DNA of 64,000 nt from Pseudomonadota bacterium (GCA_022572885.1 JACZVC010000011.1:1055-65054); one strand, 5' to 3'. Shown: positions 26,665-37,635, numbered from the stretch's first letter. Notes: a model not told the origin generated them from the sequence alone. Numbers and translations: made by a program.

Positions 26665-29600
26665 TTATATATCAATATGTTTCTGGGCGTATTGCCCTTG
26701 CAGGCCGGATCCGGGCTCGGTTCCCAGCATGGTCTTTTCCTCGCCCACTCGCAACAGACTGGGCAGCAATATCAGTGTGAACACGGTGCTTACCGCCATC
26801 CCGCCAACGATGACCGCAGCCATGCCGCGGTAGATTTCCGTGCCCGGGCCAGGTATCAGCGCCATCGGCAGCATGCCGAACAAGGTCGTGATCGTGCTCA
26901 TCAGGATCGGGCGCAGCCTGATGCGCACGGCTTTTTCCACGGCCGAGCGTCTGTCCATGCCAATGCGTTCCGAGGCGCGCGTCTGATAAACCAGCAGAAT
27001 GGAATTGTTGACCACCAGGCCGAGCAAGATAATAAAGCCGATCATGGTCAGCAGATCCATGGGCTGGAACGAGAAAAGATTGGCTATCCGCAAGGCCAGG
27101 ATGCCACCGACTGTGGCCAGCGGGATCGCGAGCAAAGCAAGCAGGCTGTCTTTGAACGAGCGGAACAAGGCGCTCATCAACAGGTAAAGAATCGCGACCG
27201 CCAACGCGAAACTGCTGGCCAGGTTTGCCAGCGCGACTTTGAGGTTGTCGGCGCTGCCGTAATAGTAAATTTCGCCATCGTTCGGCAACTGCGCGAGGAT
27301 CGCGGGTTCTGCCTCTCGTTTAATGATTGCGATGGCGTCTGCGAGGGAGATATCCGGCGGCGTTACCCGCAAGGTAATGGTGCGCCGGCGGTCGACTCGC
27401 CTGATCTGGTTGGGTCCGGCCGTTCTCTCCATGCGTACCAGTTCGCCGACTTGCTGAATGCCTGCGGCGGGCGTGGACAATGGTATGGCGGCCAGCTCTT
27501 CCGGGCTGGCCCATGGCTTGGCGCGCAGAATAATGTCACGCCGCCTGTCCCCGTCAAAGTAATCGCCAACGTACAGGCCGTCGCCCAGCGCACGAATAAC
27601 CGAAGCCATGGTGTTCCGGCTCCAGCCGGATTCGGCAATGCGCCGCTCGTCCGGTATCAGCCTGAGCTCGGGTTCGGCCAATTCGACGCCCGGGATAGGC
27701 CGCACCTGTGAGCCTGGCAGGGCCTTGGTGATAGCGCCCATGCCGGCCAGCGCCGCATCGAGCATCGCATCCATATCGCGACTTTGGATATTGACGTCTA
27801 TTTCACGGCCGCCGCCGAGGCGCCTGAATATCGATGGCCGCGATGCAAATGCCAGGGTATCGGGAAAACCGGACAGGATTTCCTCGTTCAGAATGGTCAG
27901 CAGCTCGTCAACATCGTTCGGATCCTTTGCGCGCACGCCCATGAAACCGCGCCGCCCGAATATACCCATGAAATAGTTTTCGATCTGGGGCTGACGCTCA
28001 CCGCTCAGAAACGGTTTCATGCGCGCCGACACGACATCGACAAATTCTACTTCGGCGGTTTCGACGCTCTGGCCGGGCGGCGGCATGATGAAAGCGAAAA
28101 TCCAGTTTTGCCGCCCCTGCGGCAGGTAATCGGCGGCGGGCTTGAGCCACCAGCTAAGCCCGGCGGCGACGCCGACCAGCACGATGATCCAGGTATAGCG
28201 GCGTTTCGGCGTATCCGTCAGCTCCATCACCAGGGCCGATCCTTTGGCCCACCAGGCCTTGTGCGGATCGCTCAGTTCCACGTTTCGCATCCAGTAATTA
28301 GCCGCCTTGGGGATCAGGGTGACTGCGATCACCAGGGAGACGATGATCGCCATGGAAATGGCATAGGCCATATCGGAAAACAACTGGCCCGCCGTGTCGC
28401 GCAGGAAAACAACGGGCAGGAAAATCGCCACCGTGGTAACAGTCGATGCCAGCAGCGCGCCCCAGACCTGTGTGGTACCGACTATCGACGCTTCTTCGCT
28501 GGTTCTGCCACTTTCGCGCAGCCGGACGATATTTTCCATGACGATAATGGCGGCATCGAGCACCATGCCGATGGCGAACGCCAGGCCAGCCAGGGAAATG
28601 ATATTCAGGGTCCTGCCGCCGGCATCGAGCAGCGCAAAGGAAGCAAACAGCGAAACCGGGATCGCGACGGCGACGATCATGGTCACGCGCAGGCGGCGCA
28701 TAAACCACCACAGGACGCCGATACTGAGCATGATGCCGAGGATCAGATTGTTGCGCAGCATCGCAATCGATTGCTTGATGTAGATGGTTTCGTCGTAGAC
28801 TTGCACGATTTTCAAACCGGCTTTGCCGACCGGACCGTCATTGAGTTCCGCAACCGCCTGTTTCAGGTCCGCCATCACCTCCAGCACATTGACGTTTTCC
28901 GCCGGTTGCGCGTTGAAAGCGATTGCCGGTTCGCCGTTTTGCCGCATCGTGCCGGTCTTGTCGGTCAGCGTCATCTCGATTTCAGCGATATCGCGCAGGC
29001 GCACGGGATTTCCATCCCGCCAGCTCAAAACCATGTCGCCGAACTCGTGTAGCTGGTATTTCCCGGTGTAACGCACCGTGTATTGCCGCCTGCCGATATC
29101 GCTAAAGCCGCCGCTGGTATCGATGTTGTTCGATGCGATTCTCGCCAGCGTTGGAATGTCAATTCCGTAGGCGGCGGCCAGGTAGGGGTCGAAAGTTATC
29201 CGGACTTCACGGGCACGGCCGCCATAGGCATCGGTCTTGGAAATTCCTTTGACTCTTTCAAGTCGTGTCTGAATTACGTCCTCGACAAAATCCTGGTACG
29301 CGGACATATCGCGATTCATGTCATCCTGAGGGCGTAACGAGAACCAGGCGATGGCCGCGCCGAACTGACTCTGGCCGACGTAGATCACCGGTTCGTTGGC
29401 ATCTGCGGGGTAATTCGGCACGCGGTTGAGCCGGTTCATGACCTCGATCAAGGCGCGCTGCAAATCGATGTCTACGGCAAATGTCAGGTTGATCGATGAA
29501 CGTCCGCGGGACGCCGACGATTCCATTTTTTTGAGACCGGGGACGCCACGGAGCGCATCTTCCTGCGGTTCGAGAATCTCGGCCTCGACTTCCTCCGGCG

Positions 29601-29763
29601 CGGCGGCGCGCCAGCTCGTGCTGATCTGGATTAATGGTTGTTCAACATTGGGAATCAGTTGAATCGGCAGCCGGGTAAGCGCGATTACTCCAAACAAAAT
29701 AACCAGCAGCATGGCGGATACCACGGCAACCGGGTTGGCTATTGCTGCTCTGGTTATAAACAC
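26665..29763 (-). CDS. Efflux RND transporter permease subunit (AcrB/AcrD/AcrF family)
   Basis: 1032 aa, 12-TM architecture with two large periplasmic loops. LAGLAFAIGMVLDAAIIVMEN and GLVVNNSILLV are typical RND TM4/TM10 motifs. Confidence 0.95.
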   Translation of the reverse strand: MFITRAAIANPVAVVSAMLLVILFGVIALTRLPIQLIPNVEQPLIQISTSWRAAAPEEVEAEILEPQEDALRGVPGLKKMESSASRGRSSINLTFAVDIDLQRALIEVMNRLNRVPNYPADANEPVIYVGQSQFGAAIAWFSLRPQDDMNRDMSAYQDFVEDVIQTRLERVKGISKTDAYGGRAREVRITFDPYLAAAYGIDIPTLARIASNNIDTSGGFSDIGRRQYTVRYTGKYQLHEFGDMVLSWRDGNPVRLRDIAEIEMTLTDKTGTMRQNGEPAIAFNAQPAENVNVLEVMADLKQAVAELNDGPVGKAGLKIVQVYDETIYIKQSIAMLRNNLILGIMLSIGVLWWFMRRLRVTMIVAVAIPVSLFASFALLDAGGRTLNIISLAGLAFAIGMVLDAAIIVMENIVRLRESGRTSEEASIVGTTQVWGALLASTVTTVAIFLPVVFLRDTAGQLFSDMAYAISMAIIVSLVIAVTLIPKAANYWMRNVELSDPHKAWWAKGSALVMELTDTPKRRYTWIIVLVGVAAGLSWWLKPAADYLPQGRQNWIFAFIMPPPGQSVETAEVEFVDVVSARMKPFLSGERQPQIENYFMGIFGRRGFMGVRAKDPNDVDELLTILNEEILSGFPDTLAFASRPSIFRRLGGGREIDVNIQSRDMDAMLDAALAGMGAITKALPGSQVRPIPGVELAEPELRLIPDERRIAESGWSRNTMASVIRALGDGLYVGDYFDGDRRRDIILRAKPWASPEELAAIPLSTPAAGIQQVGELVRMERTAGPNQIRRVDRRRTITLRVTPPDISLADAIAIIKREAEPAILAQLPNDGEIYYYGSADNLKVALANLASSFALAVAILYLLMSALFRSFKDSLLALLAIPLATVGGILALRIANLFSFQPMDLLTMIGFIILLGLVVNNSILLVYQTRASERIGMDRRSAVEKAVRIRLRPILMSTITTLFGMLPMALIPGPGTEIYRGMAAVIVGGMAVSTVFTLILLPSLLRVGEEKTMLGTEPGSGLQGQYAQKHIDI

Positions 29764-29953
29764 CTGGCCCCCATACTTTCACTCCACTCCCAAACCAAAT
29801 GATACCTGCGCGCCAGGTCCAGTGGTTGCACCGATGCTTCGCTTCACCCTGCCGTGCATACCGGTAAACGCAGGAAATATTACAAATACCGGCTCCGTGT
29901 CGTATTGTTGCCGCCGTGTATGGCGACGCTATATATAGTAAGGCTGTTTGCGC

Positions 29954-30466
29954 ATGTTGACCATCCGGGCCGCGGAAAATAAGGATTCCAAGAGGATTTT
30001 GGCACTGGTTAAAACGGTGCTGAATGAGCTGGGTATGGAGATAGACCCTGACGGCATGGACTCGGACCTGTCGGATATTGAAGGAAATTACATTGCTGCG
30101 GGCGGGTTATTCGTCATTTTGCAGGACGAGAAAGGCGAAATAGCGGGTACGGCTGGCTTGATGCGAATCAATGACCGGCAGTGCGAACTGCGGAAAATGT
30201 ATTTCTTGGCTGAAGTGAGAGGCCGCGGATGGGGTGAATCACTGCTGGATTTTTTGATAGGCCGCGCCGGCAGGCTCGGTTTTGATGAAATACACCTGGA
30301 AACGAACAACACCTTTGCTGCGGCGATCGGCTTGTATCTGAAGGTGGGTTTTGAGCCGAAGGACGATGGGGGCTCATGCGATGTGCGCTGCGATCGCGCA
30401 TTTTATCTTGGGCTGGCAAATTACCGAAGGCCTGCTGAACTTAGAGAATTAAATATTGCGCTATGA
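29954..30466 (+). CDS. GNAT family N-acetyltransferase
   Basis: About 170 aa. The acetyl-CoA motif RGRGWGESLL (Q/RxxGxG/A) follows the beta4 strand CELRKMYFLAEV. ATG at 29954 (the ORF track starts at TTG 29948). Confidence 0.88.
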   Translation: MLTIRAAENKDSKRILALVKTVLNELGMEIDPDGMDSDLSDIEGNYIAAGGLFVILQDEKGEIAGTAGLMRINDRQCELRKMYFLAEVRGRGWGESLLDFLIGRAGRLGFDEIHLETNNTFAAAIGLYLKVGFEPKDDGGSCDVRCDRAFYLGLANYRRPAELRELNIAL

Positions 30467-31446
30467 CAATGGCCGCGAAAAAATCAATCTTGCTATTGCT
30501 TGCCATGTTCGTGGTAACGGCTCTGGCTTGTTCAAAAACGGAACATGAAAAGGAGTACCAGGAGAAAGCCACACGGGAATACCGCACGGATATCTGGCTG
30601 GTCGATATGCAGGCCAGCGCCGATTCGCTCAGCCTTGGTGAGCCGATCAACATTACGCCAAGACGCGGTTATGACAACCAGCCAATGTATCTGCTCGATG
30701 GCAGTGGTCTGCTGTTTAGCGTCGGTGTCGTCGCTGAAGACATGGAAATGCGCACCGACATTTTTCTGCATGATCTTGCCAGTGGCGAGCAAAGAAAAAT
30801 GACCGACACCGAAGAATCGGAATTTTCGCCTATACCCATGCCAACCGGCCGCGGTTTTTCGGTAGTGCGCCTGGAGAGCGATGGCACAAGCCGGTTATGG
30901 TTCGTTGACGATCAGGGCGATAACACCGAGGTCATTCTTCCCGATACCGTGGCGGTGAATTATTACAACTGGATAGACGCCAACCGGATTGCCATGCTGG
31001 CGGGGGTGCCGGTATCGGGCGAGGGAAAAGAGCCCTGGGCGATGATGCTGCAGATCGGTTACGTCAATTACGGCGAGACCAGGCGGGTTGTTGAAATGCC
31101 GAAATTTTCGCGCGCACTGCAACTGAAACCCGGCAGTAATTCACTGACTGTGATCCGAGAGAATGAAGCGCGGGAAGCTGAAGTCAGCCTGCTGGATCTC
31201 GATAGCATGGAGTTCTCGCCACTGGCAAAAACTCTGCAGGGGAGTCAGTTCGCCGATTTCGTCTGGACCGAGGATCCGTTCCTGTTGATGGCCGATGACA
31301 GGATTGTTTACCGGCTCGCCGATGATGGCTGGGTTATGGTCCGTGACTATAGCGATGTGTTGCCTGGACCCATTACCAGGCTGGCGGTCAGGCCGGGCAA
31401 CAAGCAGCTTGCGATGGTGGTATGGGAAGTACCGCTGGAGAAGTGA
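30463..31446 (+). CDS. Lipoprotein of unknown function (possibly beta-propeller/TolB-like)
   Basis: 327 aa. Lipobox TALACS. The start overlaps the GNAT stop (ATGA). Confidence 0.7.
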   Translation: MTMAAKKSILLLLAMFVVTALACSKTEHEKEYQEKATREYRTDIWLVDMQASADSLSLGEPINITPRRGYDNQPMYLLDGSGLLFSVGVVAEDMEMRTDIFLHDLASGEQRKMTDTEESEFSPIPMPTGRGFSVVRLESDGTSRLWFVDDQGDNTEVILPDTVAVNYYNWIDANRIAMLAGVPVSGEGKEPWAMMLQIGYVNYGETRRVVEMPKFSRALQLKPGSNSLTVIRENEAREAEVSLLDLDSMEFSPLAKTLQGSQFADFVWTEDPFLLMADDRIVYRLADDGWVMVRDYSDVLPGPITRLAVRPGNKQLAMVVWEVPLEK

Positions 31447-31468
31447 GCGCGAACTGGGGCCGTTCTTG

Positions 31469-31861
31469 ATGGATGCTTCCGAACAGATTGAATATCGCGG
31501 TGGCTGCCATTGTGGCGCCATCCGCTTTACGGTCAGGGCGCCGTCTGAAATCGAAGTCCTCGATTGCAATTGCTCGATGTGCGCGATGACCGGTTATCAA
31601 CACCTGATCGTCCCGGCCGAGGATTTCACCTTGCTCAGGGGGAAAGAGGCGCTCTCCGAATACCGCTTTAACACCGGGACCGCCCACCATTTATTCTGCC
31701 GCGTGTGCGGCATCAAGTCTTTTTATGTCCCGAGGTCTCATCCTGATGGCTTTAGTGTCAACCTGCGGTGTCTCGATCCGGGTCAGGTCGATGCGGTATC
31801 CCGCCGGGCATTTGACGGAGCGCACTGGGAAGATGCGATTTCCGGGTTGCGAAAAGATTGA
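31469..31861 (+). CDS. GFA (glutathione-dependent formaldehyde-activating / CENP-V) family protein
   Basis: 130 aa from MDASEQ. Cys clusters CHCGAIRF, CNCSMC and FCRVCG are characteristic of GFA domains. Confidence 0.88.
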   Translation: MDASEQIEYRGGCHCGAIRFTVRAPSEIEVLDCNCSMCAMTGYQHLIVPAEDFTLLRGKEALSEYRFNTGTAHHLFCRVCGIKSFYVPRSHPDGFSVNLRCLDPGQVDAVSRRAFDGAHWEDAISGLRKD

Positions 31862-31975
31862 CGTGGTTTTGGCCGAGTGTCGCTGGCTTGCGACACCTTG
31901 CGATTGGCCCGAGAAAATGGATAGTTGGCCGTCCGTTTCGGGTTATCATCCACAGCCCCGCACCTGGAAAGCAAC

Positions 31976-32641
31976 ATGAAAGTCTATCCTCTGCTTTTTC
32001 TTATTACCCTGGTTTCATCGGTCGTAGTCGCCGAGAATGCCTATGTCACCGACCAGTTCGAAGTGACCTTGCGCAGCGGGTCGTCGACGCAGAACACGAT
32101 TTTGAGAATGCTGCGGAGTGGAACGACTGTGGAAGTTCTGGAAACGGACCCGGAAACCGGTTACAGCAGGATCATCACGGCTGCAGGTACAGAGGGTTAC
32201 GTATTGAGCCGTTTCCTGATGGATGAGCCCGCGGCGCGCGACCAGCTTGCCGGCATGCGCCGGCAGATGAGCAACTTGCGGCAACGAAACCAGGAACTCG
32301 AGGCACGGCTTGGTCAGGCAACAGCGAACCGGGATGAGTTCCGCCAGGAGCGCGACCGCCTGGCAAAAGGCAACCAGGACAAAGACGCCGAGCTGGCGAA
32401 CATACGCCGTGTTTCGGCGAATGCAATTGAGCTTAGCAACCAGAACCAGGAACTACAGACTTCCTTACAGAGCATGAATCATCGCTTGCAGGCGCAGACC
32501 TCGGAAATCCAGGAACTAAAGGCCAAGAAAAACAGGGACTGGTTTATAGCCGGTGCGGCAGTCTTGATAGGCGGAATCTTGCTTGGCCTGCTTCTGCCAA
32601 AACTCCGCATGCGCCGACGCTCAAGCTGGAGCGATTTATAG
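31976..32641 (+). CDS. SH3 domain protein with coiled coil and a C-terminal TM anchor (YgiM/TIGR04211-like)
   Basis: Signal peptide MKVYPLLFLITLVSSVVVA, SH3-like AYVTDQFEVTLRSGSS...GTTVEVLE...GYSRI, a long coiled coil and a C-terminal helix. Start moved to the ATG at 31976. Confidence 0.85.
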   Translation: MKVYPLLFLITLVSSVVVAENAYVTDQFEVTLRSGSSTQNTILRMLRSGTTVEVLETDPETGYSRIITAAGTEGYVLSRFLMDEPAARDQLAGMRRQMSNLRQRNQELEARLGQATANRDEFRQERDRLAKGNQDKDAELANIRRVSANAIELSNQNQELQTSLQSMNHRLQAQTSEIQELKAKKNRDWFIAGAAVLIGGILLGLLLPKLRMRRRSSWSDL

Positions 32642-32673
32642 TACATCCTCGGTTGCGGGGACGCGGCACCGCC

Positions 32674-35037
32674 TCAAACCTTTGTTCCGGCGAGAAACAT
32701 CCAGGTTTCCACGACAGTGTCAGGGTTGAGAGACATGGACTCGATGCCTTGTTCGAGCAACCAGCGCGCGAAATCCGGATGATCGGAAGGCCCCTGGCCG
32801 CAGATGCCGATATATTTGCCCTGTTTCAAACACGCTTGAATCGCGAGCGAAATCAGGTATTTGACCGCATCGTCTCTTTCGTCGAAGACCTCGGCCACGA
32901 TTCCCGAGTCACGATCCAGGCCCAGCGTTAACTGGGTCAGGTCATTTGAACCAATGGACATTCCGTCAAAGCTCTCAAGGTACTGTTCCGCCAGCAGGGC
33001 GTTGGTCGGCAGTTCGCACATCATGATCACTTTCAGTCCCCTGACGCCCCTCTTGAGACCATTTTTCTCGAGCAGTTCAATAACGGCTGCACCTTCCTTT
33101 ACCGTGCGGACGAAGGGCACCATGACCTGGACATTTTCCAGTCCCATTTCATCGCGAACCTTGCACAGCGCCTGGCACTCCAGTTCGAAACAGGGCTGAA
33201 AATCCGGGTCAAGGTAGCGTGAAGCTCCGCGAAACCCCAGCATCGGGTTTTCTTCGTGCGGTTCGTATTGGCGGCCGCCGATCAGGTTCGCGTATTCATT
33301 CGATTTAAAATCGGACAACCGGACGATCACCGGCTCCGGGGCAAACGCGGCGGCGATGGTCGCGATGCCTTCTGTCAGTTTGTCCACGTAAAAATCCACC
33401 GGGCCGGAGTAACCGGCAATATGCTCGGTGATGGTTTCCTGCAATACCCCGTCGAGCTTGTCGAATTCGAGCAACGCTTTGGGGTGGATGCCGATCATTC
33501 GATTGATAATGAATTCCAGCCGCGCTAGACCGACCCCCTTGTTCGGGATCGACGAAAACGCAAACGCGCGATCGGGGTTGCCGACGTTCATCATTATCTT
33601 GACGGGAATTTCCGGAACCGCGTCCAGCTCGATACGCTGCTCATCGAAATCGAGAATCCCGTCATAAATAAAGCCGGTATCGCCCTCGGCACAGGATACG
33701 GTTATTTTCTGTCCGTCCTTTATACGCTGGGTGGCATCGCCACAACCCACGACAGCGGGTACGCCGAGTTCTCTCGCGATGATGGCCGCATGGCAGGTGC
33801 GTCCACCGCGGTTGGTGACAATGGCGGCGGCCCTTTTCATTACGGGCTCCCAGTTGGGGTCGGTCATTTCGGTGACCAGTACATCGCCAGGCTGGATGCG
33901 TTTCATTTCGCTGACATCCTTGATAACCCGGGCCACACCGGCGCCGATCCGCTGGCCGATGCTGCGGCCGCTGACCAGGACTTCAGCCCGTTTCTTCAAC
34001 GAAAACCGTTGCAGGGTTCGGCCACTTCGGCTTTGCACGGTCTCGGGCCTGGCCTGGAGGATATAAAGTTTTCCGTCGATGCCGTCGCGTCCCCACTCGA
34101 TGTCCATGGGCCGTTGGTAATGCTTTTCAATGACCAGCGCCTGCCGGGACAATTCATGAATTTCCGCAGCGCTGAGCGAGAACCGCCGGCGGTCGGCCGG
34201 ATCCACATCGACGGTTTTGACAGCGCGCCCGGCATCCGGATCGTCCTCATAGATCATTTTGATCGCTTTTTGGCCGAGGTTGCGTCTTAGAATCGCGTGC
34301 CGGCCGTTTTCGAGCGCGGGCTTGTAGACATAGAACTCGTCCGGGTTAACTGCGCCTTGCACCACCGTCTCACCCAGCCCATACGACGAAGTGATAAAGA
34401 CCACATCGCGAAAACCGGACTCCGTATCCAGCGTGAAAGCTACCCCGCTTGCGCCAAGGTCTGTCCTGACCATGTGTTGCACCCCGGCCGACAGGGCGAT
34501 CTGCCGGTGGTCAAAGCCCAGGTGCACGCGATAGGCGATAGCCCGGTCGTTAAACAGCGATGCAAAAACCTCATGCACGGATTGCAGCAGGCGGTCCCAG
34601 CCGGTGACATTGAGGAAGGTTTCCTGTTGCCCCGCGAAGGAGGCTTCGGGCAGATCTTCCGCGGTCGCCGAAGAACGGACGGCTACCGAAATATCCGCAC
34701 CGTCGCGCATGGCATCCCATTGGCTGCGGAGTTCGCTTGCCAGGCGGTCCGGCAAGGGGGTATCCATGATCCACCGGCGGATTCGCGCGCCGCTGTCAGC
34801 CAATGCCGCAATATCATCGATATCGAGACCGGACAGCTCCCGGACGATTTTCTTGTCCAGTCCATCGGCGGACAAAAAATCGCGGTAGGCATGCGCGGTG
34901 GTCGCGAATCCGCCAGGAACCGAGATTCCCAGTCCTGACAAGTGGCCGATCATTTCTCCCAAAGAGGCGTTCTTCCCGCCAACCAGCTCAACGTCATTCA
35001 TGCCGAGCTGATCCAGCTTGATAATATACGGCTGCAA
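32674..35037 (-). CDS. ppsA: Phosphoenolpyruvate synthase
   Basis: [23 protein letters not shown]-terminus, phosphohistidine region [15 protein letters not shown], and a PEP-utilising TIM barrel. The TTG at 35037, after AAGGGGA, gives [12 protein letters not shown], the same length as known PpsA N-termini. Confidence 0.96.
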   Translation of the reverse strand: MQPYIIKLDQLGMNDVELVGGKNASLGEMIGHLSGLGISVPGGFATTAHAYRDFLSADGLDKKIVRELSGLDIDDIAALADSGARIRRWIMDTPLPDRLASELRSQWDAMRDGADISVAVRSSATAEDLPEASFAGQQETFLNVTGWDRLLQSVHEVFASLFNDRAIAYRVHLGFDHRQIALSAGVQHMVRTDLGASGVAFTLDTESGFRDVVFITSSYGLGETVVQGAVNPDEFYVYKPALENGRHAILRRNLGQKAIKMIYEDDPDAGRAVKTVDVDPADRRRFSLSAAEIHELSRQALVIEKHYQRPMDIEWGRDGIDGKLYILQARPETVQSRSGRTLQRFSLKKRAEVLVSGRSIGQRIGAGVARVIKDVSEMKRIQPGDVLVTEMTDPNWEPVMKRAAAIVTNRGGRTCHAAIIARELGVPAVVGCGDATQRIKDGQKITVSCAEGDTGFIYDGILDFDEQRIELDAVPEIPVKIMMNVGNPDRAFAFSSIPNKGVGLARLEFIINRMIGIHPKALLEFDKLDGVLQETITEHIAGYSGPVDFYVDKLTEGIATIAAAFAPEPVIVRLSDFKSNEYANLIGGRQYEPHEENPMLGFRGASRYLDPDFQPCFELECQALCKVRDEMGLENVQVMVPFVRTVKEGAAVIELLEKNGLKRGVRGLKVIMMCELPTNALLAEQYLESFDGMSIGSNDLTQLTLGLDRDSGIVAEVFDERDDAVKYLISLAIQACLKQGKYIGICGQGPSDHPDFARWLLEQGIESMSLNPDTVVETWMFLAGTKV

Positions 35038-35116
35038 TAGGTTCCCCTTGTAATCGGTCCGGCGGAAATACAAAATGCCCGACGAGCAGAACGCCGACAT
35101 TATACACGGAGGGATT

Positions 35117-35941
35117 GTGAATCAACGGACCGTATTTTTCGTCTCTGACCAGACCGGCGTTACTGCTGAAACGCTGGGCCACAGCCTGCTGACTCAGTTC
35201 GATTCGATCAATTTTCGCCATGTAACCTTGCCCTTCATTTCAAGTCCTGAAAAGGCCGAAGAAGTAGTGCGCCAGATTAACCAGGTCGCCAAGGTCGAGG
35301 GGACAAAACCCATAGTATTCAGCACCTTGGTCCAGGACGATCTGCGAGCCATTATTAGTCGCGGCAATTGTCTTTGCCTGGATTTCTTCGACGCTTTTGT
35401 CGCTCCGCTGGAGAAAGAACTGAAGACACGCTCATCGCATACGACCGGAAAAGCGCACGGCATGAAAGACATCGTGGCCTATACCCGCCGAATCGAGGCG
35501 ACCAATTTCGCACTGGCCGCGGATGATGGAGCCCACACACGCGATTACGACCAGGCGGAGGTAATACTGGTAGGAGTTTCCAGATCCGGGAAAACCCCTA
35601 CGTCACTTTACCTGGCCCTTCAATATGGTGTGTTTGCCGCCAATTACCCCTTGACGGATGAGGATTTCGAACGCGGTGACCTGCCGGACAGCCTTAAGTC
35701 ACGCCGCCGGAAATTATATGGTCTGACCATCGAGGCGGGCAGGCTACAGCAGATCCGCAATGAAAGGCGACCGGAAAGTAATTATTCGTCGACCCGCCAG
35801 GTCCAGTTTGAGATTCGTGAGGCGCTGGCGTTGTACAAACGATATGGTGTTCCGTTCATCGACACCACGGAATGCTCGATCGAGGAAATCGCCAGCACAA
35901 TCCTGAACGAAACCGGCATTATCCGGCATCTCAGGCCATAG
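35117..35941 (+). CDS. ppsR: PEP synthase regulatory protein (bifunctional kinase/pyrophosphorylase)
   Basis: [25 protein letters not shown] and the P-loop [14 protein letters not shown] at 35117 preceded by GGAGGG. Divergent from ppsA, as in enterics and pseudomonads. Confidence 0.94.
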   Translation: MNQRTVFFVSDQTGVTAETLGHSLLTQFDSINFRHVTLPFISSPEKAEEVVRQINQVAKVEGTKPIVFSTLVQDDLRAIISRGNCLCLDFFDAFVAPLEKELKTRSSHTTGKAHGMKDIVAYTRRIEATNFALAADDGAHTRDYDQAEVILVGVSRSGKTPTSLYLALQYGVFAANYPLTDEDFERGDLPDSLKSRRRKLYGLTIEAGRLQQIRNERRPESNYSSTRQVQFEIREALALYKRYGVPFIDTTECSIEEIASTILNETGIIRHLRP

Positions 35942-36064
35942 TATAGTTTGAGTTCTCTACCAAGTACCATGGAACGGCAATCGGTATGCCGGATTTTGCC
36001 CGATGCTCCGGCACACTGTTAACGCCGTCACGGTACTTCGAAATGGCTGTGTTATATTGCCAGC

Positions 36065-36553
36065 ATGGTGCGAGACAGCCACATCGCGATTGGTGCAGGC
36101 GCAAAATTATCCAGTTTTGCGGCCCTCATGTCGTTGTATGAGAGTAATTTCATCCGTTTGAACTGGCTGATCCAGGAGCCGCAAAAATTCATCGGCGAAC
36201 AACAATCCAGCGTCCCCGGAGACTGCACGCTGCATCTGAGATTGCTGGAGCGTACGCGGCATACCACCACCCTGCACATGACCTATATGTTTGAGGAATC
36301 CGGGCAATGGATAGCGGACCCCGATATGACAATTCGCATTTATCACGACGCCAGGCTGGCGGAGGCGATGGCCTGTAGCAGGGTGCATCGCCACGCGATT
36401 CTCCGGCAGTTTGATACGGGTTGTAAGCAGGAGGTGAACCGCCGGCGGATGAGAAATTCAATGTTACACAAGTGGCTCGAGTATTGTGCGGATAATGATC
36501 ACCGTTTTGTTGCTATCGGGCCCGCGGCTGGCCTGAACCGGGCTGCAAGTTAG
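36065..36553 (+). CDS. DUF1249 domain-containing protein (YqiB-like)
   Basis: 162 aa. FAALMSLYESNFIRLNWLI and the later MTIRIYHDARLAE resemble the DUF1249 pattern as I recall it. Confidence 0.7.
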   Translation: MVRDSHIAIGAGAKLSSFAALMSLYESNFIRLNWLIQEPQKFIGEQQSSVPGDCTLHLRLLERTRHTTTLHMTYMFEESGQWIADPDMTIRIYHDARLAEAMACSRVHRHAILRQFDTGCKQEVNRRRMRNSMLHKWLEYCADNDHRFVAIGPAAGLNRAAS

Positions 36554-36568
36554 AACAGGAAAGAGACT

Positions 36569-37618
36569 ATGGCCAGGGACGACAAGTTCGGAGCATTCAC
36601 GATACGCAATGATCCAAGAAACCGGGAGATAGGCGAAAAACAGCTGATCAAACTTTACCGAAACCGCGCCGAGCTAAAAAAAGAATTTAAACGGCTGCGC
36701 GATGAAAGATATACGCTGGAAGAGCAGCTGGAAAAAAAGGACAATGAGTTACAAAAATCGCGTGGCAAACTGACCGCGTTCGAAGCATTGCTTGCCGAGC
36801 CAACTACCGCGTTCAACACATTGGTTTTTTTTCAGCTCAGGGGAATTTCGGAGGATTGCAGCGGGCGGGTAAAAAAACTGGTTCTCGAAATGACCCAAAT
36901 GCGGGAAACCAGGGAAAGGCAACTGCATGTCGCCGATTTTAGCAAGGTTCAGGGTGTGAGGGCCGGGAAATTCAAGGTCAAAGAGAGTGCGCTGCAGGCC
37001 GAACAGGAAGAGTTCAGCGAGATTATTGAGAAACTTCGGAAAAACTGTGACGAGTTGAAGGGGTTTTGGAATTTTTTCAAGCGGCGGGATTTTCGTGCAC
37101 AGATTTCCGAGAACGAGACGCAGCGTCAGGAACTGAAGCAAAAATCCAGCCGACTCGCGCAAAAACGGCAGGATATCGAAGCGGAACAACCGCCAGAATT
37201 CGGTGGCCTCAGTGTGCAGGGGAAAAGAGCGATAAACTTGGTCGGTCTGGCGTGTGCGCATCATCTCTATGAACACTACGCTTCGGGTGGCCTGTATAAG
37301 CTGGTCAAGGCTGCAACCGTGGGCAAACCACGCAATGCGCGCTACGGCGACAAGGCATCATGTGAAAAAATAATGAAAAGAGTCAACGAGTTAAAAATCG
37401 CGCTGGACAAACAAAAAAACTTTAACCAGGTTTTGCGAGAACGCACCGAGCGCATAAAAAGCATCGTCAGTTACCGCAAGGATACAGATTGCATTCCGTT
37501 GGCCGCATCACTGGCCAAGGTGCCATCCAGGGACGCGAAGGCAGATGGCAAGCTACCGGAAAGCGTCAACCTGCTTGCTGACCAGGTCTGGGATGTCCAC
37601 GACGCATTGTTGAATTGA
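36569..37618 (+). CDS. Lys/Glu/Arg-rich coiled-coil protein of unknown function
   Basis: 349 aa. Long heptad-like charged stretches (ELKKEFKRLRDERYTLEEQLEKKDNELQK...). No enzymatic motif and no signal peptide. Confidence 0.7.
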   Translation: MARDDKFGAFTIRNDPRNREIGEKQLIKLYRNRAELKKEFKRLRDERYTLEEQLEKKDNELQKSRGKLTAFEALLAEPTTAFNTLVFFQLRGISEDCSGRVKKLVLEMTQMRETRERQLHVADFSKVQGVRAGKFKVKESALQAEQEEFSEIIEKLRKNCDELKGFWNFFKRRDFRAQISENETQRQELKQKSSRLAQKRQDIEAEQPPEFGGLSVQGKRAINLVGLACAHHLYEHYASGGLYKLVKAATVGKPRNARYGDKASCEKIMKRVNELKIALDKQKNFNQVLRERTERIKSIVSYRKDTDCIPLAASLAKVPSRDAKADGKLPESVNLLADQVWDVHDALLN

Positions 37619-37635
37619 CCCTGTTGACCTGCGGA

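Noticed and set aside
26677-29052. Long plus-strand ORFs (26677-27711, 344 aa; 27784-29052, 422 aa) inside the RND permease locus
   Set aside because: They are antisense to a 1032-aa RND permease with canonical motifs. Their translations are rich in Arg/Gly/His/Asp/Gln and low in complexity.
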